Of a stretch of 64,000 nucleotides of DNA, positions 21,801-33,800 are shown piece by piece. The stretch spans positions 7,502,001 through 7,566,000 of the forward strand of contig OZ024766.1 of the NCBI GenBank assembly GCA_964016885.1, in the 5' to 3' direction. The stretch's first letter is position 1, and the number at the start of each line of letters is the position of its first letter. The notes beneath the pieces are model-generated. The model worked only from the letters and a program-made list of their open reading frames with translations, did not search any database and was not told the DNA's origin. This stretch comes from Eledone cirrhosa (lineage: Eukaryota). Both the position numbers and the translations under genes were made by a program.

Positions 21801-24800
21801 TGGAGGGCTCTAGCTAGGGATAGTCTAGTGGTGGAGGGCTCTAGCTGGGGATAGTCTAGTGGTGGAGGGCTCTAGCTAGGGATAGTCTAGTGGTGGAGGG
21901 CTCTAGCTGGGGATAGTCTAGTGGTGGAGGGCTCTAGCTGGGGAAAGTCTAGTGGTGGAGGGCTCTAGCTGGGGAAAGTCTGGTGGTGGAGGGGTCTAGC
22001 TGGGGAAAGTCTAGTGGTGGAGGGCTCTAGCTGGGGAAAGTCTAGTGGTGGAGGGCTCTAGCTGGGGAAAGTCTAGTGGTGGAGGGCTCTAGCTGGGGAA
22101 AGTCTAGTGGTGGAGGGCTCTAGCTGGGGAAAGTCTAGTGGTGGAGGGCTCTAGCTGGGGAAAGTCTAGTGGTGGAGGGCTCTAGCTAGGGATAGTCTGG
22201 TGGTGGAGGGCTCTAGCTGGGGATAGTCTAGTGGTGGAGGGCTCTAGCTGGGGATAGTCTAGTGGTGGAGGGCTCTAGCTGGGGAAAGTCTAGTGGTGGA
22301 GGGCTCTAGCTGGGGAAAGTCTGGTGGTGGAGGGGTCTAGCTGGGGAAAGTCTAGTGGTGGAGGGCTCTAGCTGGGGAAAGTCTGGTTGTGGAGGGCTCT
22401 AGCTAGGGAAAGTCTAGTGGTGGAGGGGTCTAGCTGGTGAAAGTCTAGTGGTGGAGGGCTCTAGCTGGGGAAAGTCTAGTGGTGGAGGGCTCTAGCTAGG
22501 GAAAGTCTAGTGGTGGAGGGGTCTAGCTGGTGAAAGTCTAGTGGTGGAGGGCTCTAGCTGGGGAAAGTCTGGTGGTGGAGGGGTCTAGCTGGGGAAAGTC
22601 TAGTGGTGGAGGGCTCTAGCTAGGGATAGTCTAGTGGTGGAGGGCTCTAGCTGGGGATAGTCTAGTGGTGGAGGGCTCTAGCTAGGGATAGTCTAGTGGT
22701 GGAGGGCTCTAGCTGGGGATAGTCTAGTGGTGGAGGGCTCTAGCTGGGGAAAGTCTAGTGGTGGAGGGCTCTAGCTGGGGAAAGTCTGGTGGTGGAGGGG
22801 TCTAGCTGGGGAAAGTCTAGTGGTGGAGGGCTCTAGCTGGGGATAGTCTAGTGGTGGAGGGGTCTAGCTAGGGATAGTCTAGTGGTGGAGGGCTCTAGCT
22901 GGGGATAGTCTAGTGGTGGAGGGCTCTAGCTGGGGAAAGTCTGGTGGTGGAGGGGTCTAGCTGGGGAAAGTCTAGTGGTGGAGGGCTCTAGCTGGGGATA
23001 GTCTAGTGGTGGAGGGGTCTAGCTAGGGATAGTCTAGTGGTGGAGGGCTCTAGCTGGTGAAAGTCTGGTGGTGGAGGGGTCTAGCTAGGGAAAGTCTAGT
23101 GGTGGAGGGCTCTAGCTGGGGAAAGTCTGGTGGTGGAGGGGTCTAGCTGGGGAAAGTCTAGTGGTGGAGGGCTCTAGCTGGGGATAGTCTAGTGGTGGAG
23201 GGGTCTAGCTAGGGATAGTCTAGTGGTGGAGGGCTCTAGCTGGGGATAGTCTAGTGGTGGAGGGCTCTAGCTGGGGAAAGTCTAGTGGTGGAGGGGTCTA
23301 GCTGGGGAAAGTCTAGTGGTGGAGGGGTCTAGCTGGGGAAAGTCTAGTGGTGGAGGGCTCTAGCTGGGGAAAGTCTGGTGGTGGAGGGGTCTAGCTGGGG
23401 AAAGTCTAGTGGTGGAGGGCTCTAGCTGGGGAAAGTCTAGTGGTGGAGGGCTCTAGCTGGGGAAAGTCTGGTGGTGGAGGGGTCTAGCTGGGGAAAGTCT
23501 AGTGGTGGAGGGCTCTAGCTGGGGATAGTCTAGTGGTGGAGGGGTCTAGCTAGGGATAGTCTAGTGGTGGAGGGCTCTAGCTGGTGAAAGTCTGGTGGTG
23601 GAGGGGTCTAGCTAGGGAAAGTCTAGTGGTGGAGGGCTCTAGCTAGGGAAAGTCTAGTGGTGGAGGGGTCTAGCTGGGGAAAGTCTAGTGGTGGAGGGCT
23701 CTAGCTGGGGAAAGTCTGGTGGTGGAGGGCTCTAGCTAGGGAAAGTCTGGTGGTGGAGGGCTCTAGCTGGGGAAAGTCTAGTGGTGGAGGGCTCTAGCTG
23801 GGGATAGTCTAGTGGTGGAGGGCTCTAGCTGGGGAAAGTCTAGTGGTGGAGGGGTCTAGCTGGGGATAGTCTAGTGGTGGAGGGCTCTAGCTGGTGAAAG
23901 TCTGGTGGTGGAGGGGTCTAGCTGGGGAAAGTCTAGTGGTGGAGGGCTCTAGCTGGGGAAAGTCTGGTGGTGGAGGGCTCTAGCTAGGGAAAGTCTGGTG
24001 GTGGAGGGCTCTAGCTGGGGAAAGTCTAGTGGTGGAGGGGTCTAGCTAGGGAAAGTCTGGTGGTGGAGGGCTCTAGCTGGGGAAAGTCTAGTGGTGGAGG
24101 GCTCTAGCTAGGGAAAGTCTAGTGGTGGAGGGCTCTAGCTAGGGAAAGTCTAGTGGTGGAGGGGTCTAGCTGGGGAAAGTCTAGTGGTGGAGGGGTCTAG
24201 CTGGGGATAGTCTAGTGGTGGAGGGCTCTAGCTAGGGATAGTCTAGTGGTGGAGGGCTCTAGCTGGGGATAGTCTAGTGGTGGAGGGCTCTAGCTGGGGA
24301 AAGTCTAGTGGTGGAGGGGTCTAGCTGGGGAAAGTCTGGTGGTGGAGGGGTCTAGCTGGGGAAAGTCTAGTGGTGGAGGGCTCTAGCTGGGGATAGTCTA
24401 GTGGTGGAGGGGTCTAGCTAGGGATAGTCTAGTGGTGGAGGGCTCTAGCTGGGGAAAGTCTAGTGGTGGAGGGCTCTAGCTGGGGAAAGTCTAGTGGTGG
24501 AGGGCTCTAGCTAGGGAAAGTCTGGTGGTGGAGGGCTCTAGCTGGGGAAAGTCTAGTGGTGGAGGGGTCTAGCTGGGGAAAGTCTGGTGGTGGAGGGGTC
24601 TAGCTGGGGAAAGTCTAGTGGTGGAGGGCTCTAGCTGGGGATAGTCTAGTGGTGGAGGGGTCTAGCTAGGGATAGTCTAGTGGTGGAGGGCTCTAGCTGG
24701 TGAAAGTCTGGTGGTGGAGGGCTCTAGCTGGGGAAAGTCTAGTGGTGGAGGGGTCTAGCTGGGGATAGTCTAGTGGTGGAGGGCTCTAGCTGGGGAAAGT

Positions 24801-27800
24801 CTAGTGGTGGAGGGCTCTAGCTGGGGAAAGTCTGGTGGTGGAGGGGTCTAGCTGGGGAAAGTCTAGTGGTGGAGGGCTCTAGCTGGGGATAGTCTAGTGG
24901 TGGAGGGGTCTAGCTGGGGAAAGTCTAGTGGTGGAGGGCTCTAGCTGGGGATAGTCTAGTGGTGGAGGGCTCTAGCTGGGGAAAGTCTAGTGGTGGAGGG
25001 CTCTAGCTAGGGATAGTCTAGTGGTGGAGGGCTCTAGCTGGGGAAAGTCTAGTGGTGGAGGGGTCTAGCTGGGGAAAGTCTGGTGGTGGAGGGGTCTAGC
25101 TGGGGAAAGTCTAGTGGTGGAGGGGTCTAGCTGGGGAAAGTCTAGTGGTGGAGGGCTCTAGCTGGGGAAAGTCTAGTGGTGGAGGGGTCTAGCTGGGGAA
25201 AGTCTAGTGGTGGAGGGCTCTAGCTGGGGATAGTCTAGTGGTGGAGGGCTCTAGCTGGGGAAAGTCTAGTGGTGGAGGGGTCTAGCTGGGGAAAGTCTAG
25301 TGGTGGAGGGCTCTAGCTGGGGAAAGTCTAGTGGTGGAGGGCTCTAGCTAGGGATAGTCTAGTGGTGGAGGGCTCTAGCTGGGGAAAGTCTAGTGGTGGA
25401 GGGGTCTAGCTGGGGAAAGTCTGGTGGTGGAGGGGTCTAGCTGGGGAAAGTCTAGTGGTGGAGGGCTCTAGCTGGGGAAAGTCTAGTGGTGGAGGGCTCT
25501 AGCTGGGGATAGTCTAGTGGTGGAGGGCTCTAGCTGGGGAAAGTCTAGTGGTGGAGGGCTCTAGCTGGGGATAGTCTAGTGGTGGAGGGCTCTAGCTGGG
25601 GAAAGTCTAGTGGTGGAGGGCTCTAGCTAGGGATAGTCTAGTGGTGGAGGGCTCTAGCTGGGGAAAGTCTAGTGGTGGAGGGGTCTAGCTGGGGAAAGTC
25701 TGGTGGTGGAGGGGTCTAGCTGGGGAAAGTCTAGTGGTGGAGGGCTCTAGCTGGGGATAGTCTAGTGGTGGAGGGCTCTAGCTGGGGAAAGTCTAGTGGT
25801 GGAGGGCTCTAGCTGGGGATAGTCTAGTGGTGGAGGGCTCTAGCTGGGGATAGTCTAGTGGTGGAGGGCTCTAGCTGGGGAAAGTCTAGTGGTGGAGGGC
25901 TCTAGCTGGGGATAGTCTAGTGGTGGAGGGCTCTAGCTGGGGATAGTCTAGTGGTGGAGGGGTCTAGCTGGGGAAAGTCTAGTGGTGGAGGGGTCTAGCT
26001 GGGGATAGTCTAGTGGTGGAGGGCTCTAGCTGGGGATAGTCTAGTGGTGGAGGGCTCTAGCTGGGGATAGTCTAGTGGTGGAGGGGTCTAGCTGGGGATA
26101 GTCTAGTGGTGGAGGGGTCTAGCTGGGGATAGTCTAGTGGTGGAGGGCTCTAGCTGGGGAAAGTCTAGTGGTGGAGGGCTCTAGCTGGGGATAGTCTAGT
26201 GGTGGAGGGGTCTAGCTGGGGAAAGTCTAGTGGTGGAGGGCTCTAGCTGGGGAAAGTCTGGTGGTGGAGGGGTCTAGCTGGGGAAAGTCTAGTGGTGGAG
26301 GGCTCTAGCTGGGGAAAGTCTGGTGGTGGAGGGCTCTAGCTAGGGAAAGTCTGGTGGTGGAGGGCTCTAGCTGGGGAAAGTCTGGTGGTGGAGGGGTCTA
26401 GCTGGGGAAAGTCTAGTGGTGGAGGGGTCTAGCTGGGGAAAGTATAGTGGTGGAGGGGTCTAGCTGGGGATAGTCTAGTGGTGGAGGGGTCTAGCTGGGG
26501 AAAGTCTAGTGGTGGAGGGGTCTAGCTGGGGAAAGTCTAGTGGTGGAGGGCTCTAGCTGGGGAAAGTCTAGTGCTGGAGGGCTCTAGCTGGGGATAGTCT
26601 AGTGGTGGAGGGCTCTAGCTGGGGATAGTCTAGTGGTGGAGGGCTCTAGCTGGGGATAGTCTAGTGGTGGAGGGCTCTAGCTGGGGATAGTCTAGTGGTG
26701 GAGGGGTCTAGCTGGGGAAAGTCTAGTGGTGGAGGGCTCTAGCTGGGGATAGTCTAGTGGTGGAGGGCTCTAGCTGGGGATAGTCTAGTGGTGGAGGGGT
26801 CTAGCTGGGGAAAGTCTAGTGGTGGAGGGCTCTAGCTGGGGATAGTCTAGTGGTGGAGGGGTCTAGCTAGGGAAAGTCTAGTGGTGGAGGGCTCTAGCTG
26901 GGGATAGTCTAGTGGTGGAGGGGTCTAGCTGGGGATAGTCTAGTGGTGGAGGGCTCTAGCTGGGGATAGTCTAGTGGTGGAGGGGTCTAGCTGGGGAAAG
27001 TCTAGTGGTGGAGGGCTCTAGCTGGGGATAGTCTAGTGGTGGAGGGGTCTAGCTGGGGATAGTCTAGTGGTGGAGGGCTCTAGCTGGGGAAAGTCTAGTG
27101 GTGGAGGGGTCTAGCTGGGGAAAGTCTAGTGGTGGAGGGGTCTAGCTGGGGAAAGTCTGGTGGTGGAGGGCTCTAGCTGGGGAAAGTCTGGTGGTGGAGG
27201 GGTCTAGCTGGGGAAAGTCTAGTGGTGGAGGGCTCTAGCTGGGGAAAGTCTAGTGGTGGAGGGGTCTAGCTGGGGATAGTCTAGTGGTGGAGGGGTCTAG
27301 CTGGGGATAGTCTAGTGGTGGAGGGGTCTAGCTGGGGATAGTCTAGTGGTGGAGGGCTCTAGCTGGGGAAAGTCTAGTGGTGGAGGGGTCTAGCTGGGGA
27401 AAGTCTGGTGGTGGAGGGCTCTAGCTAGGGAAAGTCTAGTGGTGGAGGGCTCTAGCTGGGGATAGTCTAGTGGTGGAGGGGTCTAGCTAGGGAAAGTCTA
27501 GTGGTGGAGGGCTCTAGCTGGGGAAAGTCTAGTGGTGGAGGGCTCTAGGTGGGGATAGTCTAGTGGTGGAGGGCTCTAGCTGGGGATAGTCTAGTGGTGG
27601 AGGGCTCTAGCTGGGGATAGTCTAGTGGTGGAGGGCTCTAGCTGGGGAAAGTATAGTGGTGGAGGGGTCTAGCTGGGGATAGTCTAGTGGTGGAGGGCTC
27701 TAGCTGGGGATAGTCTAGTGGTGGAGGGCTCTAGCTGGGGAAAGTATAGTGGTGGAGGGGTCTAGCTGGGGAAAGTCTGGTGGTGGAGGGCTCTAGCTGG

Positions 27801-30800
27801 GGAAAGTCTGGTGGTGGAGGGGTCTAGCTGGGGAAAGTCTAGTGGTGGAGGGCTCTAGCTGGGGAAAGTCTAGTGGTGGAGGGGTCTAGCTGGGGATAGT
27901 CTAGTGGTGGAGGGGTCTAGCTGGGGAAAGTCTGGTGGTGGAGGGCTCTAGCTGGGGAAAGTCTAGTGGTGGAGGGGTCTAGCTGGGGAAAGTCTGGTGG
28001 TGGAGGGCTCTAGCTGGGGAAAGTCTAGTGGTGGAGGGGTCTAGCTGGGGAAAGTCTAGTGGTGGAGGGCTCTAGCTGGGGAAAGTCTAGTGGTGGAGGG
28101 GTCTAGCTGGGGATAGTCTAGTGGTGGAGGGGTCTAGCTGGGGAAAGTCTAGTGGTGGAGGGGTCTAGCTGGGGAAAGTCTAGTGGTGGAGGGCTCTAGC
28201 TGGGGATAGTCTAGTGGTGGAGGGGTCTAGCTGGGGATAGTCTAGTGGTGGAGGGGTCTAGCTGGGGAAAGTCTAGTGGTGGAGGGGTCTAGCTGGGGAT
28301 AGTCTAGTGGTGGAGGGGTCTAGCTGGGGAAAGTCTGGTGGTGGAGGGGTCTAGCTGGGGAAAGTCTGGTGGTGGAGGGGTCTAGTGGTGGAGGGGTCTA
28401 GTGGTGGAGGGGTCTAGCTGGGGAAAGTCTAGTGGTGGAGGGGTCTAGCTGGGGATAGTCTAGTGGTGGAGGGGTCTAGCTGGGGATAGTCTAGTGGTGG
28501 AGGGGTCTAGCTGGGGAAAGTCTAGTGGTGGAGGGGTCTAGCTGGGGAAAGTCTAGTGGTGGAGGGGTCTAGCTGGGGATAGTCTAGTGGTGGAGGGGTC
28601 TAGCTGGGGAAAGTCTGGTGGTGGAGGGGTCTAGCTGGGGAAAGTCTGGTGGTGGAGGGGTCTAGTGGTGGAGGGGTCTAGTGGTGGAGGGGTCTAGCTG
28701 GGGAAAGTCTAGTGGTGGAGGGGTCTAGCTGGGGAAAGTCTAGTGGTGGAGGGGTCTAGCTGGGGATAGTCTAGTGGTGGAGGGGTCTAGCTGGGGAAAG
28801 TCTAGTGGTGGAGGGGTCTAGCTGGGGAAAGTCTAGTGGTGGAGGGGTCTAGCTGGGGATAGTCTAGTGGTGGAGGGCTCTAGCTGGGGAAAGTCTAGTG
28901 GTGGAGGGCTCTAGCTGGGGAAAGTCTGGTGGTGGAGGGGTCTAGCTGGGGAAAGTCTGGTGGTGGAGGGGTCTGGTGGTGGAGGGGTCTAGTGGTGGAG
29001 GGGTCTAGTGGTGGAGGGGTCTAGTGGTGGAGGGGTCTAGCTGGGGAAAGTCTAGTGGTGGAGGGCTCTAGCTGGGGATAGTCTAGTGGTGGAGGGGTCT
29101 AGCTGGGGAAAGTCTGGTGGTGGAGGGCTCTAGCTGGGGAAAGTCTAGTGGTGGAGGGCTCTAGCTGGGGAAAGTCTGGTGGTGGAGGGGTCTAGCTGGG
29201 GAAAGTCTGGTGGTGGAGGGGTCTGGTGGTGGAGGGGTCTAGTGGTGGAGGGGTCTAGTGGTGGAGGGGTCTAGTGGTGGAGGGGTCTAGCTGGGGAAAG
29301 TCTGGTGGTGGAGGGCTCTAGCTGGGGAAAGTCTAGTGGTGGAGGGCTCTAGCTGGGGAAAGTCTGGTGGTGGAGGGGTCTAGCTGGGGAAAGTCTGGTG
29401 GTGGAGGGGTCTGGTGGTGGAGGGGTCTAGTGGTGGAGGGGTCTAGTGGTGGAGGGGTCTAGTGGTGGAGGGGTCTAGCTGGGGAAAGTCTAGTGGTGGA
29501 GGGCTCTAGCTGGGGATAGTCTAGTGGTGGAGGGGTCTAGCTGGGGAAAGTCTGGTGGTGGAGGGCTCTAGCTGGGGAAAGTCTAGTGGTGGAGGGCTCT
29601 AGCTGGGGAAAGTCTAGTGGTGGAGGGGTCTAGCTGGGGAAAGTCTAGTGGTGGAGGGGTCTAGCTGGGGAAAGTCTAGTGGTGGAGGGCTCTAGCTGGG
29701 GAAAGTCTGGTGGTGGAGGGCTCTAGCTGGGGAAAGTCTAGTGGTGGAGGGGTCTAGCTGGGGAAAGTCTGGTGGTGGAGGGGTCTAGCTGGGGAAAGTC
29801 TAGTGGTGGAGGGCTCTAGCTGGGGAAAGTCTAGTGGTGGAGGGGTCTAGCTGGGGAAAGTCTGGTGGTGGAGGGGTCTAGCTGGGGAAAGTCTAGTGGT
29901 GGAGGGCTCTAGCTGGGGATAGTCTAGTGGTGGAGGGGTCTAGCTAGGGATAGTCTAGTGGTGGAGGGCTCTAGCTGGGGATAGTCTAGTGGTGGAGGGC
30001 TCTAGCTGGGGATAGTCTAGTGGTGGAGGGGTCTAGCTAGGGAAAGTCTGGTGGTGGAGGGCTCTAGCTGGGGAAAGTCTGGTGGTGGAGGGGTCTAGCT
30101 GGGGAAAGTCTAGTGGTGGAGGGCTCTAGCTGGGGAAAGTCTAGTGGTGGAGGGGTCTAGCTGGGGAAAGTCTAGTGGTGGAGGGCTCTAGCTGGGGAAA
30201 GTCTAGTGGTGGAGGGGTCTAGCTGGGGATAGTCTAGTGGTGGAGGGCTCTAGCTGGGGATAGTCTAGTGGTGGAGGGGTCTAGCTAGGGAAAGTCTGGT
30301 GGTGGAGGGCTCTAGCTGGGGAAAGTCTAGTGGTGGAGGGCTCTAGCTGGGGAAAGTCTGGTGGTGGAGGGCTCTAGCTGGGGATAGTCTAGTGGTGGAG
30401 GGCTCTAGCTGGGGATAGTCTAGTGGTGGAGGGGTCTAGCTGGGGAAAGTCTAGTGGTGGAGGGCTCTAGCTGGGGATAGTCTAGTGGTGGAGGGGTCTA
30501 GCTGGGGAAAGTCTAGTGGTGGAGGGCTCTAGCTGGGGATAGTCTAGTGGTGGAGGGCTCTAGCTGGGGAAAGTCTAGTGGTGGAGGGCTCTAGCTGGGG
30601 AAAGTCTAGTGGTGGAGGGCTCTAGCTGGGGATAGTCTAGTGGTGGAGGGCTCTAGCTGGGGATAGTCTAGTGGTGGAGGGGTCTAGCTGGGGATAGTCT
30701 AGTGGTGGAGGGCTCTAGCTGGGGAAAGTCTAGTGGTGGAGGGCTCTAGCTGGGGATAGTCTAGTGGTGGAGGGGTCTAGCTGGGGAAAGTCTAGTGGTG

Positions 30801-33800
30801 GAGGGCTCTAGCTGGGGAAAGTCTAGTGGTGGAGGGCTCTAGCTGGGGATAGTCTAGTGGTGGAGGGCTCTAGCTGGGGAAAGTCTAGTGGTGGAGGGCT
30901 CTAGCTGGGGAAAGTCTAGTGGTGGAGGGGTCTAGCTGGGGATAGTCTAGTGGTGGAGGGCTCTAGCTGGGGATAGTCTAGTGGTGGAGGGGTCTAGCTG
31001 GGGATAGTCTAGTGGTGGAGGGCTCTAGCTGGGGAAAGTCTAGTGGTGGAGGGCTCTAGCTGGGGATAGTCTAGTGGTGGAGGGGTCTAGCTGGGGAAAG
31101 TCTAGTGGTGGAGGGCTCTAGCTGGGGAAAGTCTAGTGGTGGAGGGCTCTAGCTGGGGATAGTCTAGTGGTGGAGGGCTCTAGCTGGGGAAAGTCTAGTG
31201 GTGGAGGGCTCTAGCTGGGGAAAGTCTAGTGGTGGAGGGGTCTAGCTGGGGATAGTCTAGTGGTGGAGGGCTCTAGCTGGGGATAGTCTAGTGGTGGAGG
31301 GGTCTAGCTGGGGATAGTCTAGTGGTGGAGGGCTCTAGCTGGGGAAAGTCTAGTGGTGGAGGGCTCTAGCTGGGGATAGTCTAGTGGTGGAGGGCTCTAG
31401 CTGGGGAAAGTCTAGTGGTGGAGGGCTCTAGCTGGGGAAAGTCTGGTGGTGGAGGGCTCTAGCTGGGGAAAGTCTAGTGGTGGAGGGCTCTAGCTGGGGA
31501 AAGTCTAGTGGTGGAGGGCTCTAGCTGGGGAAAGTCTAGTGGTGGAGGGGTCTAGCTGGGGATAGTCTAGTGGTGGAGGGCTCTAGCTGGGGAAAGTCTA
31601 GTGGTGGAGGGGTCTAGCTGGGGATAGTCTAGTGGTGGAGGGCTCTAGCTGGGGATAGTCTAGTGGTGGAGGGCTCTAGCTGGGGAAAGTCTAGTGGTGG
31701 AGGGGTCTAGCTGGGGAAAGTCTAGTGGTGGAGGGCTCTAGCTGGGGAAAGTCTAGTGGTGGAGGGCTCTAGCTGGGGAAAGTCTAGTGGTGGAGGGGTC
31801 TAGCTGGGGAAAGTCTAGTGGTGGAGGGCTCTAGCTGGGGAAAGTCTAGTGGTGGAGGGGTCTAGCTGGGGATAGTCTAGTGGTGGAGGGCTCTAGCTGG
31901 GGATAGTCTAGTGGTGGAGGGGTCTAGCTGGGGAAAGTCTAGTGGTGGAGGGGTCTAGCTGGGGAAAGTCTAGTGGTGGAGGGCTCTAGCTGGGGAAAGT
32001 CTAGTGGTGGAGGGCTCTAGCTGGGGAAAGTCTAGTGGTGGAGGGGTCTAGCTGGGGATAGTCTAGTGGTGGAGGGCTCTAGCTGGGGATAGTCTAGTGG
32101 TGGAGGGGTCTAGCTGGGGATAGTCTAGTGGTGGAGGGCTCTAGCTGGGGAAAGTCTAGTGGTGGAGGGCTCTAGCTGGGGATAGTCTAGTGGTGGAGGG
32201 CTCTAGCTGGGGAAAGTCTAGTGGTGGAGGGCTCTAGCTGGGGAAAGTCTGGTGGTGGAGGGCTCTAGCTGGGGAAAGTCTAGTGGTGGAGGGCTCTAGC
32301 TGGGGAAAGTCTAGTGGTGGAGGGCTCTAGCTGGGGAAAGTCTAGTGGTGGAGGGCTCTAGCTGGGGATAGTCTAGTGGTGGAGGGGTCTAGCTGGGGAT
32401 AGTCTAGTGGTGGAGGGGTCTAGCTGGGGAAAGTCTAGTGGTGGAGGGGTCTAGCTGGGGAAAGTCTAGTGGTGGAGGGCTCTAGCTGGGGAAAGTCTAG
32501 TGGTGGAGGGGTCTAGCTGGGGAAAGTCTAGTGGTGGAGGGGTCTAGCTAGGGAAAGTCTAGTGGTGGAGGGCTCTAGCTGGGGAAAGTCTAGTGGTGGA
32601 GGGCTCTAGCTGGGGATAGTCTAGTGGTGGAGGGGTCTAGCTGGGGATAGTCTAGTGGTGGAGGGGTCTAGCTGGGGAAAGTCTAGTGGTGGAGGGCTCT
32701 AGCTGGGGATAGTCTAGTGGTGGAGGGCTCTAGCTGGGGAAAGTCTAGTGGTGGAGGGGTCTAGCTGGGGAAAGTCTAGTGGTGGAGGGGTCTAGCTAGG
32801 GAAAGTCTAGTGGTGGAGGGCTCTAGCTGGGGAAAGTCTAGTGGTGGAGGGCTCTAGCTGGGGATAGTCTAGTGGTGGAGGGGTCTAGCTGGGGATAGTC
32901 TAGTGGTGGAGGGGTCTAGCTGGGGAAAGTCTAGTGGTGGAGGGGTCTAGCTGGGGAAAGTCTAGTGGTGGAGGGCTCTAGCTGGGGAAAGTCTAGTGGT
33001 GGAGGGGTCTAGCTGGGGAAAGTCTAGTGGTGGAGGGGTCTAGCTAGGGAAAGTCTAGTGGTGGAGGGCTCTAGCTGGGGAAAGTCTAGTGGTGGAGGGC
33101 TCTAGCTGGGGATAGTCTAGTGGTGGAGGGGTCTAGCTGGGGATAGTCTAGTGGTGGAGGGGTCTAGCTGGGGAAAGTCTAGTGGTGGAGGGCTCTAGCT
33201 GGGGATAGTCTAGTGGTGGAGGGGTCTAGCTGGGGAAAGTCTAGTGGTGGAGGGGTCTAGCTAGGGATAGTCTAGTGGTGGAGGGGTCTAGCTGGGGAAA
33301 GTCTAGTGGTGGAGGGCTCTAGCTGGGGAAAGTCTAGTGGTGGAGGGCTCTAGCTAGGGATAGTCTAGTGGTGGAGGGGTCTAGCTGGGGAAAGTCTAGT
33401 GGTGGAGGGCTCTAGCTAGGGATAGTCTAGTGGTGGAGGGGTCTAGCTGGGGAAAGTCTAGTGGTGGAGGGCTCTAGCTGGGGAAAGTCTAGTGGTGGAG
33501 GGGTCTAGCTGGGGAAAGTCTAGTGGTGGAGGGCTCTAGCTGGGGATAGTCTAGTGGTGGAGGGCTCTAGCTAGGGAAAGTCTAGTGGTGGAGGGCTCTA
33601 GCTGGGGAAAGTCTAGTGGTGGAGGGCTCTAGCTGGGGAAAGTCTAGTGGTGGAGGGCTCTAGCTGGGGAAAGTCTAGTGGTGGAGGGCTCTAGCTGGGG
33701 AAAGTCTAGTGGTGGAGGGCTCTAGCTGGGGAAAGTCTAGTGGTGGAGGGCTCTAGCTGGGGAAAGTCTAGTGGTGGAGGGCTCTAGCTGGGGAAAGTCT